Notes: a model not told the origin generated them from the letters alone. A stretch of 64,000 bases of DNA from a virus (IMGVR_UViG_3300023278_002223:1-64000), one strand, 5' to 3'. Positions 1 to 10,392 are shown, numbered from the stretch's first letter. Numbers and translations are program-made.

Positions 1-1
1 A

Positions 2-3000
2 TCAGCATCCCTTAGTGGACTTACAGATACCACCATAACAGCCCCTGCAAGTGGATCAGCACTAAAATATAATGGATCTGCATGGCTCGATGATCCAAAT
101 CTAAAAGAAGAGGAGTCCACTGGACTTCTAACCGGGGGAGTCCTATCAACCGGAGCTGGAGCTGCTGAGTATTCAATCACAGACGGAACAGGCAAGGTTA
201 CAGACAATACAGGAGTAGAGACATATGTGTCATGGACTGGATTAACAAATAACACTCCGGCAAACATCGCTACAAACCTAATCACATTCGTAGGAATTAG
301 CTCATCTGGCACCCTAGTGGAGTCAACCACCAAATGGACTCCTCAGCAGAGAAGATCTCTTATTCCACTAGGAGTTGCAGTCCACGTAAACCTAACAGCA
401 GTTGACGTGGTCAACAATGAACAGCAGACATCATACAATATTGGAAGTCAACTTACAGACCTTGCAGAGGCAATTGGCTTCTTCAATGTCGATGGTAACG
501 TTGTCAGCGCAAATGGAGCAAACCTGTCTGTAAACAAGTCCGAGGGAGACATGTTCAAGAACGGGTCAAACTACCACAATGACGCAGACAATCCAAATGT
601 CATCACCCTAGCAGCCCTAAGTGCCGCAACCTTCCAATACAGATTCAGCAATGGAGACAACGGAACAACTGGAACATCTATTGATCCAGACAACTTAGAT
701 GACGGAGCAGGCGGACACACTGCTGTTGGTAACAACAAGTGGTCAATTCAGAGATTCTACTCTTTCACCTCAAACAACCTAAAAGTACAGAAGGGGGTCG
801 CCGAGTACAACTCTTTAGACTCCGCAGTTAACGCAATCGCAACAGAGTCCTACATAACAGAGCCATCCATCGAGGCCAACGGACTCCTAAGGGGTTGGCT
901 GATCGTTGCCAAGGGAGCGACAGACCTATCAGACTCAGCAGAGGCACTATTCCTAGAGGCACCTCAGTTCCCAGGAGGAAGCAGCGCAGGAGGAGCGTCA
1001 ATCACAGACTTGCAGGCAGCGTACGACAACTCCACTGCCGAGCCAGAGATACTAACCAACACAGCAAATGGAGCAGTTGGATTCAGAAGAGGCTCAGCAG
1101 CGGACACAGATCACGTATTCCATGTTCAAAACAACGCAGGGACCACCAACTTTTCAGTTGACGGAAATGGCCTAGTCCTAGCAAGCGGAACAATTAACGG
1201 AAGAGATGTTGCTACAGACGGAACAAAGCTTGACACAATCGAGACAAGTGCGACTGCAGATCAGTCAGACGCTGAGATAAAGACCGCCTACGAGAACAAT
1301 GCGAACACCAATGCGCTTACAGACGCATACGTCACAATCCTAGGAAACACCTCAAACACAAACTCAGGAGATGAGTCCCCAGCCTCCATTACTACCTCTG
1401 GAATTGTTGAGATTGCGACACTTGCAGAAGTTGACGCAGGGACTGACGGGCTAAGGGTCGTAACACCATCCGGGCTGGCCACCATCCAGACAGACGTTGA
1501 CGCCAACACTGCGAAATCAACCAACGTTAGCACAGACTTGGGGTACAGTACGGCAGCCGCTACTGGAACAGTAACTAGCTCCGATGGAACCAATGCCACC
1601 TTGCCAGCTGCCACCACCTCTCTTGCCGGACTCCAGACTGGAGCAGACAAGACTAAGCTGGACGGAATTGAGACAAGCGCGACTGCAGACCAGTCAGACG
1701 CCGAGATAAGAGCCGCAGTAGAAGCGGCTACAGACTCAAATGTCTTCACAGACGCAGACCACACCAAGCTTAACGCCATTGAGGCCTTGGCAGATGTAAC
1801 AGATGAAGCGAATGTTGATGCAGCGGGAGGATCGATCATCACATCTCAGTCTGGAACCCCATCTACAACCCCATCAAAGGTTGGCCTAATTAACATTGAC
1901 ACAACCGGAAACCTAGTATACGTATCCACTGGAACCTCAAGCAGTGGGGATTGGGCCCTACTAAACGACGGAAGTCTTCCAGCTCTAGACCTTGGAGATC
2001 TTGGAGATGTTTCTACCACAGGGCAGGCAGACGGAAAGGGGCTATTTCACAACGGGACATCCTTCGTAATGGAGTCAGCCACACTTGGAGACCAAGTAAC
2101 TGGAGCTGCCACAAACCTGTCCGATGTTAACACAGCAGGGGCTACCGAGACAGACGTCTTGGCCCTCTCTGGATCAACATGGGTTCCATCCGGAGTGTCC
2201 GGAGGATCAGCCTCACTTAGTGGGTTGACCGATACATCGCTAACATCCCCAGCAAGCGGGGCATATCTAAAGTATGACGGATCCAATTGGATTAATGAAA
2301 ACAGTGGAACCTCCGTTGATGTTTCAATTCAAGAGATTTCAGCTGGAGCTTCTGAGATTGTCATCGACATAAGTGACACAACTGTAGACATGCACGACAT
2401 CGCCATTTCTCACTTGGCTCCTGGTACAGATAACGTTTCTCTACGAATCTACCTGTCTGATGACGGTGGGTCTACCTACAAGTCAACCTCCTATCACTAC
2501 ACAAGGTCATCTGCATCCACCGGATCAGAAGCATACGGAGGAAGCGCAGCAGGAACCTACATAGCTCCATATAACGTTAATGCGGGTAACGCGACTGGGG
2601 AATCCAACCACATTAATATTAGGGTAACAAGGCCAACAAACCCAAATAGCCTTGACTCCTACACCATCTTTGATTATAGAGGCGGTTATGTTAGAACTTC
2701 TCATACTCCTATCCACGAAGAAGGCATCTTCTACTGGGCTGGAGGAACTGGAGGAGTAGACACAATTAAGCTTTCATTCAGTGCAGGAACCATCGACACC
2801 GGGGTTGTCGTACACAGGAAGGTCTCCGAGGGGATTGGAGGAGGATCAGCAGGATCACTAAGCGGGCTAACCGACACCTCTTTATCTGCCCCAGCATCGG
2901 GCGAGATTCTTGAATACGATGGAACAGACTGGGTCAACGCAACAAACGCAGGCGGTGGTGGGCCAACTTACTCTTCAGACGTTATCTCCTCTGGAGATGT

Positions 3001-3475
3001 TTCCTACATTTGGGACGTATCTGACACTGGCCTTCTAGACGCAGAGCTAAAAATAACAGACTGTCTGCCAGCCACAGACGGAAAGAGGCTCAAGATGTCC
3101 ATAAGCGTTGACGGCGGAAGTACCTACAAGGCTGGAGCAACCGACTACTCCTACCAGAGGACAGAGTTAGCAGGAACTACAAGGAATGACTTCGGAGACC
3201 CCACAACAACGCAGCCACAGCTTATGAATGCCGGGGCAGGAAATGCAACTAACGAGGGTTTAACCTTCACGTTCAATCTCACCAACCCAGAGAGCGTAAC
3301 TGCTAGGAAGATCGTTGAGTTTCATGGGTCGTGGATAGATCTTATTGGAGGGGTAAACAAGAGTCATGGACACGTCAGTCTGGGACTTACAGCCTCTGCT
3401 GTCACTCATGTTAAGCTTTTCTGGGATTCAGGCAACTTTAAACAAGGAACAGCTCTTCTCAAGAAGAGATTTTAA
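2..3475 (+). CDS. Large fibre/spike virion protein (5'-truncated by window edge)
   Basis: Frame is open from position 2 (SASLSGLTDTTITAPASG...), so the 227 start in the ORF track is internal. Contains LSGLTD...YDG..W.N fibre repeats, KLDxIETSATADQSDAEI repeats and two paralogous C-terminal beta-rich domains. Confidence 0.75.
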   Translation, partial: SASLSGLTDTTITAPASGSALKYNGSAWLDDPNLKEEESTGLLTGGVLSTGAGAAEYSITDGTGKVTDNTGVETYVSWTGLTNNTPANIATNLITFVGISSSGTLVESTTKWTPQQRRSLIPLGVAVHVNLTAVDVVNNEQQTSYNIGSQLTDLAEAIGFFNVDGNVVSANGANLSVNKSEGDMFKNGSNYHNDADNPNVITLAALSAATFQYRFSNGDNGTTGTSIDPDNLDDGAGGHTAVGNNKWSIQRFYSFTSNNLKVQKGVAEYNSLDSAVNAIATESYITEPSIEANGLLRGWLIVAKGATDLSDSAEALFLEAPQFPGGSSAGGASITDLQAAYDNSTAEPEILTNTANGAVGFRRGSAADTDHVFHVQNNAGTTNFSVDGNGLVLASGTINGRDVATDGTKLDTIETSATADQSDAEIKTAYENNANTNALTDAYVTILGNTSNTNSGDESPASITTSGIVEIATLAEVDAGTDGLRVVTPSGLATIQTDVDANTAKSTNVSTDLGYSTAAATGTVTSSDGTNATLPAATTSLAGLQTGADKTKLDGIETSATADQSDAEIRAAVEAATDSNVFTDADHTKLNAIEALADVTDEANVDAAGGSIITSQSGTPSTTPSKVGLINIDTTGNLVYVSTGTSSSGDWALLNDGSLPALDLGDLGDVSTTGQADGKGLFHNGTSFVMESATLGDQVTGAATNLSDVNTAGATETDVLALSGSTWVPSGVSGGSASLSGLTDTSLTSPASGAYLKYDGSNWINENSGTSVDVSIQEISAGASEIVIDISDTTVDMHDIAISHLAPGTDNVSLRIYLSDDGGSTYKSTSYHYTRSSASTGSEAYGGSAAGTYIAPYNVNAGNATGESNHINIRVTRPTNPNSLDSYTIFDYRGGYVRTSHTPIHEEGIFYWAGGTGGVDTIKLSFSAGTIDTGVVVHRKVSEGIGGGSAGSLSGLTDTSLSAPASGEILEYDGTDWVNATNAGGGGPTYSSDVISSGDVSYIWDVSDTGLLDAELKITDCLPATDGKRLKMSISVDGGSTYKAGATDYSYQRTELAGTTRNDFGDPTTTQPQLMNAGAGNATNEGLTFTFNLTNPESVTARKIVEFHGSWIDLIGGVNKSHGHVSLGLTASAVTHVKLFWDSGNFKQGTALLKKRF

Positions 3476-3483
3476 TAATTAAT

Positions 3484-3493
3484 TTCGTATAAT
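3484..3493 (+). promoter_or_regulatory. Putative phage late promoter TTCGTATAAT
   Basis: One of 8 intergenic + strand copies of (T/A)(T/A)CGTATA(A/T)(T/A) upstream of genes. Confidence 0.7.
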
Positions 3494-3546
3494 ACAATGG
3501 ACCAGATGGATCCACAGCACAATAACCATATTTAGAAAGTGTCAAA

Positions 3547-4458
3547 ATGGCAGATTTCAATCTATTTCAGTTCGGGCCTCAGGGTAGAGACATTTATGTC
3601 GATGCGAGTGGTGCGCTACAAATCACAACAGACCCAAGCGCAAGCGGATTCATCATGGGATACGGAGAGGCCGGATACGCCCTTCTCGTAGACGCTAGCG
3701 GAAGAATCCTAGCCACCGACAACAACGCTGTCTCTGGTATAAACGATCTAACAGACGTAAACACAGCAGGATCCACTGAGACTGACGTTCTAGCACTATC
3801 TGGATCAACCTGGGTTCCATCAGGAGTGTCCGCAGGATCAGCCTCACTAAGCGGATTAACCGACACCTCTCTATCTGCGCCAGCCTCAGGAGAGATTCTT
3901 GAATACAATGGAACAAACTGGGTCAACGCAACAAACGCAGGGGGCGGTGGGCCAACCTACAGCTCAACAACAATAGCCTCAGGAGCCTCAGAGTACATCT
4001 GGGACGTAAGCTCTGGAGCAAAGCAGTACGAGATCATTATCGACAACTGTCTGCCAGATACAGACGGCAAAAGATTCAAAGTCTCCATAAGTGATGATGG
4101 TGGAAGCACTTACGAGTCTGGAGCAACTTCTTACTTCTTCCAGAGATCAGAGGACGAGGGAACCGACGCCTACTTCAGTGACGGAACAACCACACAGCCT
4201 CAGCTATTCAACTCCGGAATCGGAAATGCCGCCGGAGAAGGTGGCAAGATCATGATGCAGGTGGGGGATTGTGCTAGCACTGATGTTGTCTCAGTAGTTT
4301 CCTATCAGGGAGCGTGGATCAACCTCATCGGCGGACCATTGACCAACAGAGGGATGTTCGGTCTAGGCGGCACCGCAGCTGCCATCACTCATATCAAGGT
4401 TTTCTGGGATTCAGGAAACTTCCGAAAGGGAGACGTCCTCCTTATGGAAAGATCATAA
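3547..4458 (+). CDS. Short fibre protein; N-terminus shared with 12782 gene, C-terminal domain paralogous to the end of the 2..3475 gene
   Basis: MADFNLFQFGP..IYVDASGALQI anchor, LTD/YNG-W repeats, C-terminal ...THIKVFWDSGNF domain. Confidence 0.7.
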   Translation: MADFNLFQFGPQGRDIYVDASGALQITTDPSASGFIMGYGEAGYALLVDASGRILATDNNAVSGINDLTDVNTAGSTETDVLALSGSTWVPSGVSAGSASLSGLTDTSLSAPASGEILEYNGTNWVNATNAGGGGPTYSSTTIASGASEYIWDVSSGAKQYEIIIDNCLPDTDGKRFKVSISDDGGSTYESGATSYFFQRSEDEGTDAYFSDGTTTQPQLFNSGIGNAAGEGGKIMMQVGDCASTDVVSVVSYQGAWINLIGGPLTNRGMFGLGGTAAAITHIKVFWDSGNFRKGDVLLMERS

Positions 4459-4507
4459 GGCAAGACCAGATAAGTACTTGGCTATATCTGAAATAAAATA
4501 AAAGATT

Positions 4508-4531
4508 TTTAGGGGACGTAAGTCCCCTAAA
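4508..4531 (+). terminator. Perfect 10-bp hairpin TTTAGGGGAC-GTAA-GTCCCCTAAA directly upstream of promoter motif
   Basis: Inverted repeat with GNRA loop in the intergenic region; no long U-tract, so termination role is uncertain. Confidence 0.45.
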
Positions 4532-4541
4532 TTCGTATAAT
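4532..4541 (+). promoter_or_regulatory. Putative late promoter TTCGTATAAT
   Basis: Exact motif copy upstream of the head operon. Confidence 0.7.
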
Positions 4542-4584
4542 AATATGAGCATTAAACTTATGACATATGAGGAGATCGAAGAGT

Positions 4585-6360
4585 ATGAAGCATAAGCTTA
4601 ACCTGTTTACACAGGCCCACTTAAGTGACTTTACACAGTCAGACCTACAAAACATCATTGAGACAGATAGCGACGAGGGCTTTTCCGATTGGGCAAAGTC
4701 CGTTGCTTCCGTGTTCGATGGTGCCAACCAAGAAGATCAGCCAGATCTACTCAAAATGCGATCAATCCTCGTATCTGAGGGAATGAACTTAAACGACGAT
4801 GTCTTCCTAAGAGAAGAGCTAATGCAGGCTCGCTCAACTGGCGCACACAAGCCAGTAAACCTAGAGCACCAGGATGCAGACATCGTGGGCCACATGGTCC
4901 GAACATACGCCTCAGACAAGCAAGGTCATCTAATCGAAGGTGAAGCCCTCCCACAAGAGCCAGTCGACATCATAAACGACGCTGTGGTTTACTCTTACAT
5001 CTTCCCAGAAGTAGCAGCAAAAGTCAAAAGCATGGCAGGCAGGAATGAGCTATTCGTTTCTGTTGAGGCGTGGTTTGAAAGCTACGACTATCTAGTAGGA
5101 AACAAGATCGTAAGAAGGACAGATCAAACCTCCCCAATCTTTGACCCAACCCTAAGAATGATGGGTGGAGAAGGATACTACCAGGGAGAGAAGCTAGGAA
5201 GAGTTCTAAGGAACATCAGATTCGGTGGAATCGGCATCGTCGCTGTTCCTGCCAACCCAGAGTCCCTCATCCTAGAGGCCGGAACCACAACAAACGAAGA
5301 AGCTAAATCAGTAGAAAAACCAGCACTATGTAGTGCTCTAGATAACGACATTCAGCGCGTAATTGCAGAGAATACCCTAGGCTATCTAGAGAATCAGGAC
5401 AAGGAGGCATGTATGGAAGACAATTCAAACGCAGATGCCCTCCAGGCAAGCAATGTACAGGCTAACGACGTACAAACCGACGAAGCAGGAAGTGACAACA
5501 GTTGCTCCTCTGAGTCAGTAGAGTCATGTAATGAAGCCGACAGTAATTGTTGTCAGGAGTCAGCAAAGGCAAAGTTAGAAGCAAAAGAAGGAGCTTTCAA
5601 CTCTGTTGTTGGAGGAATCGCGGCCCTTTTAGAAGACACTGTAGCAGAGATGCAAGAGGTTGATAAGCAAATCGTCCTCCTCCAGAACGAATCTCTTGTT
5701 ATTGCTCGAAAGCAGAGTCTTGTTAAAGCGGGTCTAAAGGCAGATTCAATCAATAAGAGAATTGAAAAAGTCGTTTCCATGAGTGATGAGCAATTTGGAG
5801 AATACGTTGAAGAGGTCAAAGACATCCTCGACGCAAGCTCTGAAGAGGTTAACTCTGAGGAAGGCCAGGAAAACAATAAGGAAGAGGTTGCTGAGGGTAC
5901 ACAGCCAGACACTCTAGTAGAAGAAGTCGCTGAGGAAGTTGCTGAAGTCGTTGAGACCGAAGTTTCTGCCGAGGAGACAGACGATACAGAAGAGCTAAGC
6001 GCTGTGGAAACCGAAGCTGTTCAAGAGACTGCTGAAGTTGTAGTTGAAGAAGTTGTTGTCGAAGAGACTGCCCCAGAGGTAGCTCAAGTTGCCACTGAAG
6101 ATATTGTCGAAGAGACAGTTGAGGTTGCAGTCGAGACACCAGCAGAGGAAGCTACAGTGGAGACAGAGATTCTTGACGAAGTATCTGAGGAAGTAGTTGA
6201 AGTCCAGCAGGACGAAAGCGAAGAGGTGCTTGATCTCGACCTAGAGACCATTGTTCCTGTTTCCCCAGAGATCGCTCTACCAAGCGACATTGCCCCAACG
6301 TTTAATGACAAGCTTGAAGAAGCTATTCTCGATATTTTTAAACAAAGACGTGGTAGATAA
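4585..6360 (+). CDS. Prohead protease fused to acidic scaffold
   Basis: N-terminal NLNDDVF/KPVNLEH..IVGH/VSVEAWF/FGGIGIV..PAN protease-like motifs, long E/V-rich C-terminus, position upstream of decoration and capsid genes. Start at 4585 (GAGGAG upstream) or 4567. Confidence 0.7.
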   Translation: MKHKLNLFTQAHLSDFTQSDLQNIIETDSDEGFSDWAKSVASVFDGANQEDQPDLLKMRSILVSEGMNLNDDVFLREELMQARSTGAHKPVNLEHQDADIVGHMVRTYASDKQGHLIEGEALPQEPVDIINDAVVYSYIFPEVAAKVKSMAGRNELFVSVEAWFESYDYLVGNKIVRRTDQTSPIFDPTLRMMGGEGYYQGEKLGRVLRNIRFGGIGIVAVPANPESLILEAGTTTNEEAKSVEKPALCSALDNDIQRVIAENTLGYLENQDKEACMEDNSNADALQASNVQANDVQTDEAGSDNSCSSESVESCNEADSNCCQESAKAKLEAKEGAFNSVVGGIAALLEDTVAEMQEVDKQIVLLQNESLVIARKQSLVKAGLKADSINKRIEKVVSMSDEQFGEYVEEVKDILDASSEEVNSEEGQENNKEEVAEGTQPDTLVEEVAEEVAEVVETEVSAEETDDTEELSAVETEAVQETAEVVVEEVVVEETAPEVAQVATEDIVEETVEVAVETPAEEATVETEILDEVSEEVVEVQQDESEEVLDLDLETIVPVSPEIALPSDIAPTFNDKLEEAILDIFKQRRGR

Positions 6361-6390
6361 TTCTACCAATTTTTAATAAGGAGTTTTACA

Positions 6391-6855
6391 ATGGCACTTA
6401 AGTCCCATCAGAAAATCGTCTCTGACGATGTAAACTTTCGACTCGATGCCCTCGCAACCCGTGGTGAACTCTGCTGTGTAAGCAGCACCGCTGGCGAGTG
6501 CGAAGTAGTCGCAACCGCAATCAGTGGCGCTCGCGTTGCTGGTATCCTACTCATGGACGTCGTAGCAACTGGTCGCCCAGCTAACCTCGACACCGACAGT
6601 GACCTCGACACAGGTACCTCTACTGCTAACCGCAACTTCAACAAGAACGAGACCTACAAGGGTGGCGTCGTTCGCCTCGCTCGTAAGGGTGAGCTAAGCG
6701 TTTCTTGTTCAACTGCTGTTTCTGCAGGAGACACCCTCTACATCGCCAACTCAGGCGCAATCTCTGCCACTCAGGCAACCGGCGCTCAGGAAGTCGGTTT
6801 CGCTCTAGAGGCAAAAGACAGCGATGGCTACGTAAAGATGTTCCTCGACTGCTAA
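6391..6855 (+). CDS. Capsid decoration/cement protein
   Basis: 154 aa between scaffold and capsid; AGDTLYIANSGAIS...VGFALEAKDSDGYVK pattern typical of cement proteins; AAGGAG SD. Confidence 0.7.
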   Translation: MALKSHQKIVSDDVNFRLDALATRGELCCVSSTAGECEVVATAISGARVAGILLMDVVATGRPANLDTDSDLDTGTSTANRNFNKNETYKGGVVRLARKGELSVSCSTAVSAGDTLYIANSGAISATQATGAQEVGFALEAKDSDGYVKMFLDC

Positions 6856-6929
6856 TACCAGTCAACTGTGTTTAGTATTTTATAACGTAATTTTTTTCAG
6901 AAATTCAATAAAGAAAGCAGGTTTCTAAA

Positions 6930-7889
6930 ATGGAAAACCGCGAGCTACTAAGAGCAACCGCTGGAAGCGATGCTCAGTCCCTAGAGAACCGCAAGGCTCT
7001 CGCACAAGTCCTAGCAAACGTGTGGAAGCAAGGCGTCCTAGAGCCAACTCTCATCGGCGACATCTTCTCCCGCATTGACGTTGAGGCTGGCATTGACGCC
7101 AAGTTCCCTCTCGACTTCTACACCCCAGCTGATTCTGATGGTACTGAGTTCGACGCATTCGTAATCGCCCGTGAGGGTGCCGTTCCTAACCGCGTCATCG
7201 ATGGTGACGAAGTACACGTACCTACATACAAGATTGCTAATAGCATCTCTTGGAACCTCGATTACGCCCGTGACGCCCGTTGGGATGTCATTGCACGCGC
7301 AATCGAAGTCTTCACTAACGGTTTCACCCGTAAGATGAACGACGATGGTCTACACACCCTCCTCGCAGCAGGCGGAACTACTGAGACCGTTGACACAGCA
7401 GCATCTGCTGGTTCATTCACCAAGAAGCTCGTTACCGATCTTCAGGTCGCAATGAAGCGCCAAGCTGGTGGTCGTGACGCACGTTTGACCAACCTACTCG
7501 TTTCACCAGAGGCAATCGCTGACATTCGTCTCTTCGCAGAGACCCAAGTTGATGACGGAACTCTCCGTAGCCTCATCAACAGCGATGGCAACCCAGCTCC
7601 AAGCCTATTCGGCGTAGAGCTCAATGAGCTAATCGACCTCGGTGCTTCCCAAGCACTCACCACCTACTGGACTGGTACCATCGGTGGAACACTCGATAAC
7701 TCAGACGAAGAGATCGTCATCGGCCTCGACCTCAGTACTCGTGACAGCTTTGTCATGCCAGTACGCGAGGACATGCAGATGTTCGACGACGCCACCCTCC
7801 ACCGTTCCGGTAAAGCCGGAGTCTACGGATGGATGGAGCTCGGCTTCGCTTGTCTCGACACCCGTCGCGTCATCACAGGTGCATTCTAA
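6930..7889 (+). CDS. Major capsid protein (HK97-like fold inferred)
   Basis: 319 aa, position after scaffold and decoration genes, high-expression codon style, followed by a terminator; C-terminal GVYGWMELGFACLD motif. Confidence 0.8.
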   Translation: MENRELLRATAGSDAQSLENRKALAQVLANVWKQGVLEPTLIGDIFSRIDVEAGIDAKFPLDFYTPADSDGTEFDAFVIAREGAVPNRVIDGDEVHVPTYKIANSISWNLDYARDARWDVIARAIEVFTNGFTRKMNDDGLHTLLAAGGTTETVDTAASAGSFTKKLVTDLQVAMKRQAGGRDARLTNLLVSPEAIADIRLFAETQVDDGTLRSLINSDGNPAPSLFGVELNELIDLGASQALTTYWTGTIGGTLDNSDEEIVIGLDLSTRDSFVMPVREDMQMFDDATLHRSGKAGVYGWMELGFACLDTRRVITGAF

Positions 7890-7939
7890 AGACGAGTCTT
7901 TAGTTACACTTTGTGTGGTTTGTACAGTTTGATGATTAG

Positions 7940-7974
7940 GGGGCAGGGTTCAACGGCCCTGCCCCATTTTCTTT
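7940..7974 (+). terminator. Rho-independent terminator after capsid gene
   Basis: GGGGCAGGG-loop-CCCTGCCCC followed by ATTTTCTTT. Confidence 0.8.
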
Positions 7975-7993
7975 ATACAGAAGAAGGTTAACA

Positions 7994-8392
7994 ATGTCAG
8001 CTAATTTTGATCCAGCACAAACAACAGTGCCAGTAGACTTCGGTCTATTCGTAAATGGAGTCCCAGTTAGCGGGCAGTCACCAACGGTTGCTTTTTACGA
8101 CATATCAGGGAAGATCTTAGATCACTCCACAAGCACGTTCGTTACCCAGGGAACTGAGGTATCCGGAACCGCCAGCTTGACAGAAATCGGCTCAGGACTA
8201 GGGGTTTATCAGTATGACTTTACATGGGGTGGCTTTGGCCTGTCAGCTCCATTCACACTAACTTGCTACTTTGACGTTACTATCCCATCGGGATATAGCG
8301 TTGATTTTACTTCAGCGGAAACACATAATGCCGTTGAACAGTTGAATATTACAAAAGACGAAAACAGGCCCTTCAGCCTAACACTTGAATAG
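7994..8392 (+). CDS. Virion protein, probable Ig-like beta-sandwich
   Basis: 132 aa beta-rich ORF in structural operon. Confidence 0.5.
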   Translation: MSANFDPAQTTVPVDFGLFVNGVPVSGQSPTVAFYDISGKILDHSTSTFVTQGTEVSGTASLTEIGSGLGVYQYDFTWGGFGLSAPFTLTCYFDVTIPSGYSVDFTSAETHNAVEQLNITKDENRPFSLTLE

Positions 8393-8400
8393 GAAAAACA

Positions 8401-9261
8401 ATGGCAACATTAGGAATAGGTAACACCCCAACAATCCTTGACATATTCGTCAGAGATGCAAACGGGGCACTAACCGACACAGACTCCTTGCCAACATTCG
8501 TTATCAAGGACAGCGCAGCCGTCGTAGTTTCCGGCTCGTCCACCTCGGGCTACAAGAGCTCAACAGGAACCTACGATGCGAGAAGCTTCGGTGCGATCCC
8601 AAGCGGATACACCGCCGGAGACTGGACTATCAAGTGGACAGCAACCTTGAATAGCGTTGTTAAGACAATCACTGAGACCTTCACAGTATCAGCTTTCACA
8701 ATCACCGTGGAGTCAGACGCAATAACGTCTGTGTCTGGGATCAAGGAGAGAGCAGAGATCGATCTAGGTCTAGCGACAACAGACTACACTGACGCACAGT
8801 GGGGAAGCCTAACAGAGAGAGCTGTGACCAGAACAAACAGAAGACTGGCTTTGGCTGGCACAGATGTGGAGCTAATTTACTCCCCATCAACCTTGACATA
8901 CGCCAGAACAGACGCAGCATCAGTTTCAGACTCCCTAGCGGACATCGTGTTGATGCAGGTTGAGTGCATTGCTATCAAGCAGCTAATGAGAACAGCAGTC
9001 AACAAGGGAATCAAGGTTAAGGACGGAGACTCCTCAATTGATACAACAGCGGGCTTCGGAGGACACGACTCCTTGGTATCCAACGTTTGTTCAGAGCTAG
9101 ATCAGGCTATCTTGGACTACAAGATCAATGAAGCAGACGGAAGCGCCACCAAGAGTGGAGCACTTGTTACATACGATGACCAACAGCTATTCGTTGATTT
9201 CGATCACGATGGAGACGCATACGGGCTAAGGGACTACCAGTCCCCATTTGACCACTCTTAA
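8401..9261 (+). CDS. Head-tail adaptor with N-terminal Ig-like domain
   Basis: Synteny after capsid; helical C-terminal half with KVKDGDSSIDT beta-hairpin typical of adaptors. Confidence 0.55.
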   Translation: MATLGIGNTPTILDIFVRDANGALTDTDSLPTFVIKDSAAVVVSGSSTSGYKSSTGTYDARSFGAIPSGYTAGDWTIKWTATLNSVVKTITETFTVSAFTITVESDAITSVSGIKERAEIDLGLATTDYTDAQWGSLTERAVTRTNRRLALAGTDVELIYSPSTLTYARTDAASVSDSLADIVLMQVECIAIKQLMRTAVNKGIKVKDGDSSIDTTAGFGGHDSLVSNVCSELDQAILDYKINEADGSATKSGALVTYDDQQLFVDFDHDGDAYGLRDYQSPFDHS

Positions 9262-9272
9262 GGAGAGCAAGC

Positions 9273-9800
9273 ATGGCAGAATCACTACCTTCCCAGGGCG
9301 GCTATTTTGATGCCAACCTACAACAGCTATACGAAGACAGCATAGATCAGCTAATTGCTGACCTAGGCTATCAGGTAGTATTGTACCTAGAGCCAACTGT
9401 GGAAGAGTGCCCAAACTGTGGAGTCGGCCCAGACCTAAAGTCTGATGGGGTTTACGACACAGGGAACGCTGAGACCTTGAATGGTCCAAAAAACAGATAC
9501 TTCCCAGCTGGAGCTAGGTGCCCAGTGTGCCAAGGCACACACGAGCTTCTAACAGAGGCCACCTCTCAATACACAGCTTTGCTTAAGTACACCCCAGAAG
9601 ACTGGGATATGGGAGAGACAGGAATCAGCAGGACTGAGGTGGTTAGGCTTAAGACAAAGCTTAGCGCCCTTGAGGACGTAAACAATGCAACAAAGGTTTT
9701 GGTCGAGGGCTCACTTTTCAAGAAAGTGGCAGACCCAATCAGAACCGGACTTCAGACCAGAAGCTACTTGCAGTCCTATTGGCAGAGAATCGATGGCTAG
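9273..9800 (+). CDS. Head closure/stopper protein with CxxC...CxxC insertion
   Basis: CPNC and CPVC motifs; synteny. Confidence 0.5.
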   Translation: MAESLPSQGGYFDANLQQLYEDSIDQLIADLGYQVVLYLEPTVEECPNCGVGPDLKSDGVYDTGNAETLNGPKNRYFPAGARCPVCQGTHELLTEATSQYTALLKYTPEDWDMGETGISRTEVVRLKTKLSALEDVNNATKVLVEGSLFKKVADPIRTGLQTRSYLQSYWQRIDG

Positions 9801-10392
9801 CGCCTACTTCAACGAGACAGCCTTTGATAAGGCAGTTAAAAAAGCAGTAGCCAAGAAGGCTTCTATTGTTCTCGATAGAGCCAAAGAACTGCTAGTTAAA
9901 CAGAACGACATACTGTCGGACAAATTCGCTTCGTCTGCGGCCTTCATTGACCTAAAGACGAATCTAAGGGGTGAGTTCGGTTTTACCGACGAAGAGGTTC
10001 GAGGTTTGGATAGGATCATTTCAGCAATGAAGTCGGATCCATCTGTAACCAAGATTAGGTCAGACAAGGATCAGGTGATACTGGAGTGGGTCGACTATGA
10101 CGCCCTCAAGAATCACGAGCTGGCACAGCACGAGCTAACCAACTCAAGCTCATTCGGGACACCAGAGATTGTTTCCTGGGTTGAGTGGATGGAAGAAGGG
10201 GTTACGGTTCACGGCTATATCTTTGATGAAAGCTCTAAGAGCAAGTTCTCAAGATCTGGAGAAGGACTGATGAAGAAGCAGTCAGGTGGACTGTTTAAGA
10301 TAGCCCCAAGTAAGATTTTAAACAAACTAGGAAAAAGCGTCAAACCAGCTGAATTTAAGCGTGGCTTGGCAGCAATCCTCAAGAGGAGATAG
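9793..10392 (+). CDS. Neck/tail completion protein
   Basis: ATG at 9793 overlaps the previous stop; WVEWMEEG and SRSGEGLM motifs; synteny. Confidence 0.45.
   Translation: MASAYFNETAFDKAVKKAVAKKASIVLDRAKELLVKQNDILSDKFASSAAFIDLKTNLRGEFGFTDEEVRGLDRIISAMKSDPSVTKIRSDKDQVILEWVDYDALKNHELAQHELTNSSSFGTPEIVSWVEWMEEGVTVHGYIFDESSKSKFSRSGEGLMKKQSGGLFKIAPSKILNKLGKSVKPAEFKRGLAAILKRR

Noticed and set aside
2843-4458. Diversity-generating retroelement TR/VR pair in fibre tips
   Set aside because: Both copies are coding, differences are not adenine-specific and include many synonymous changes, and no reverse transcriptase is in the window.
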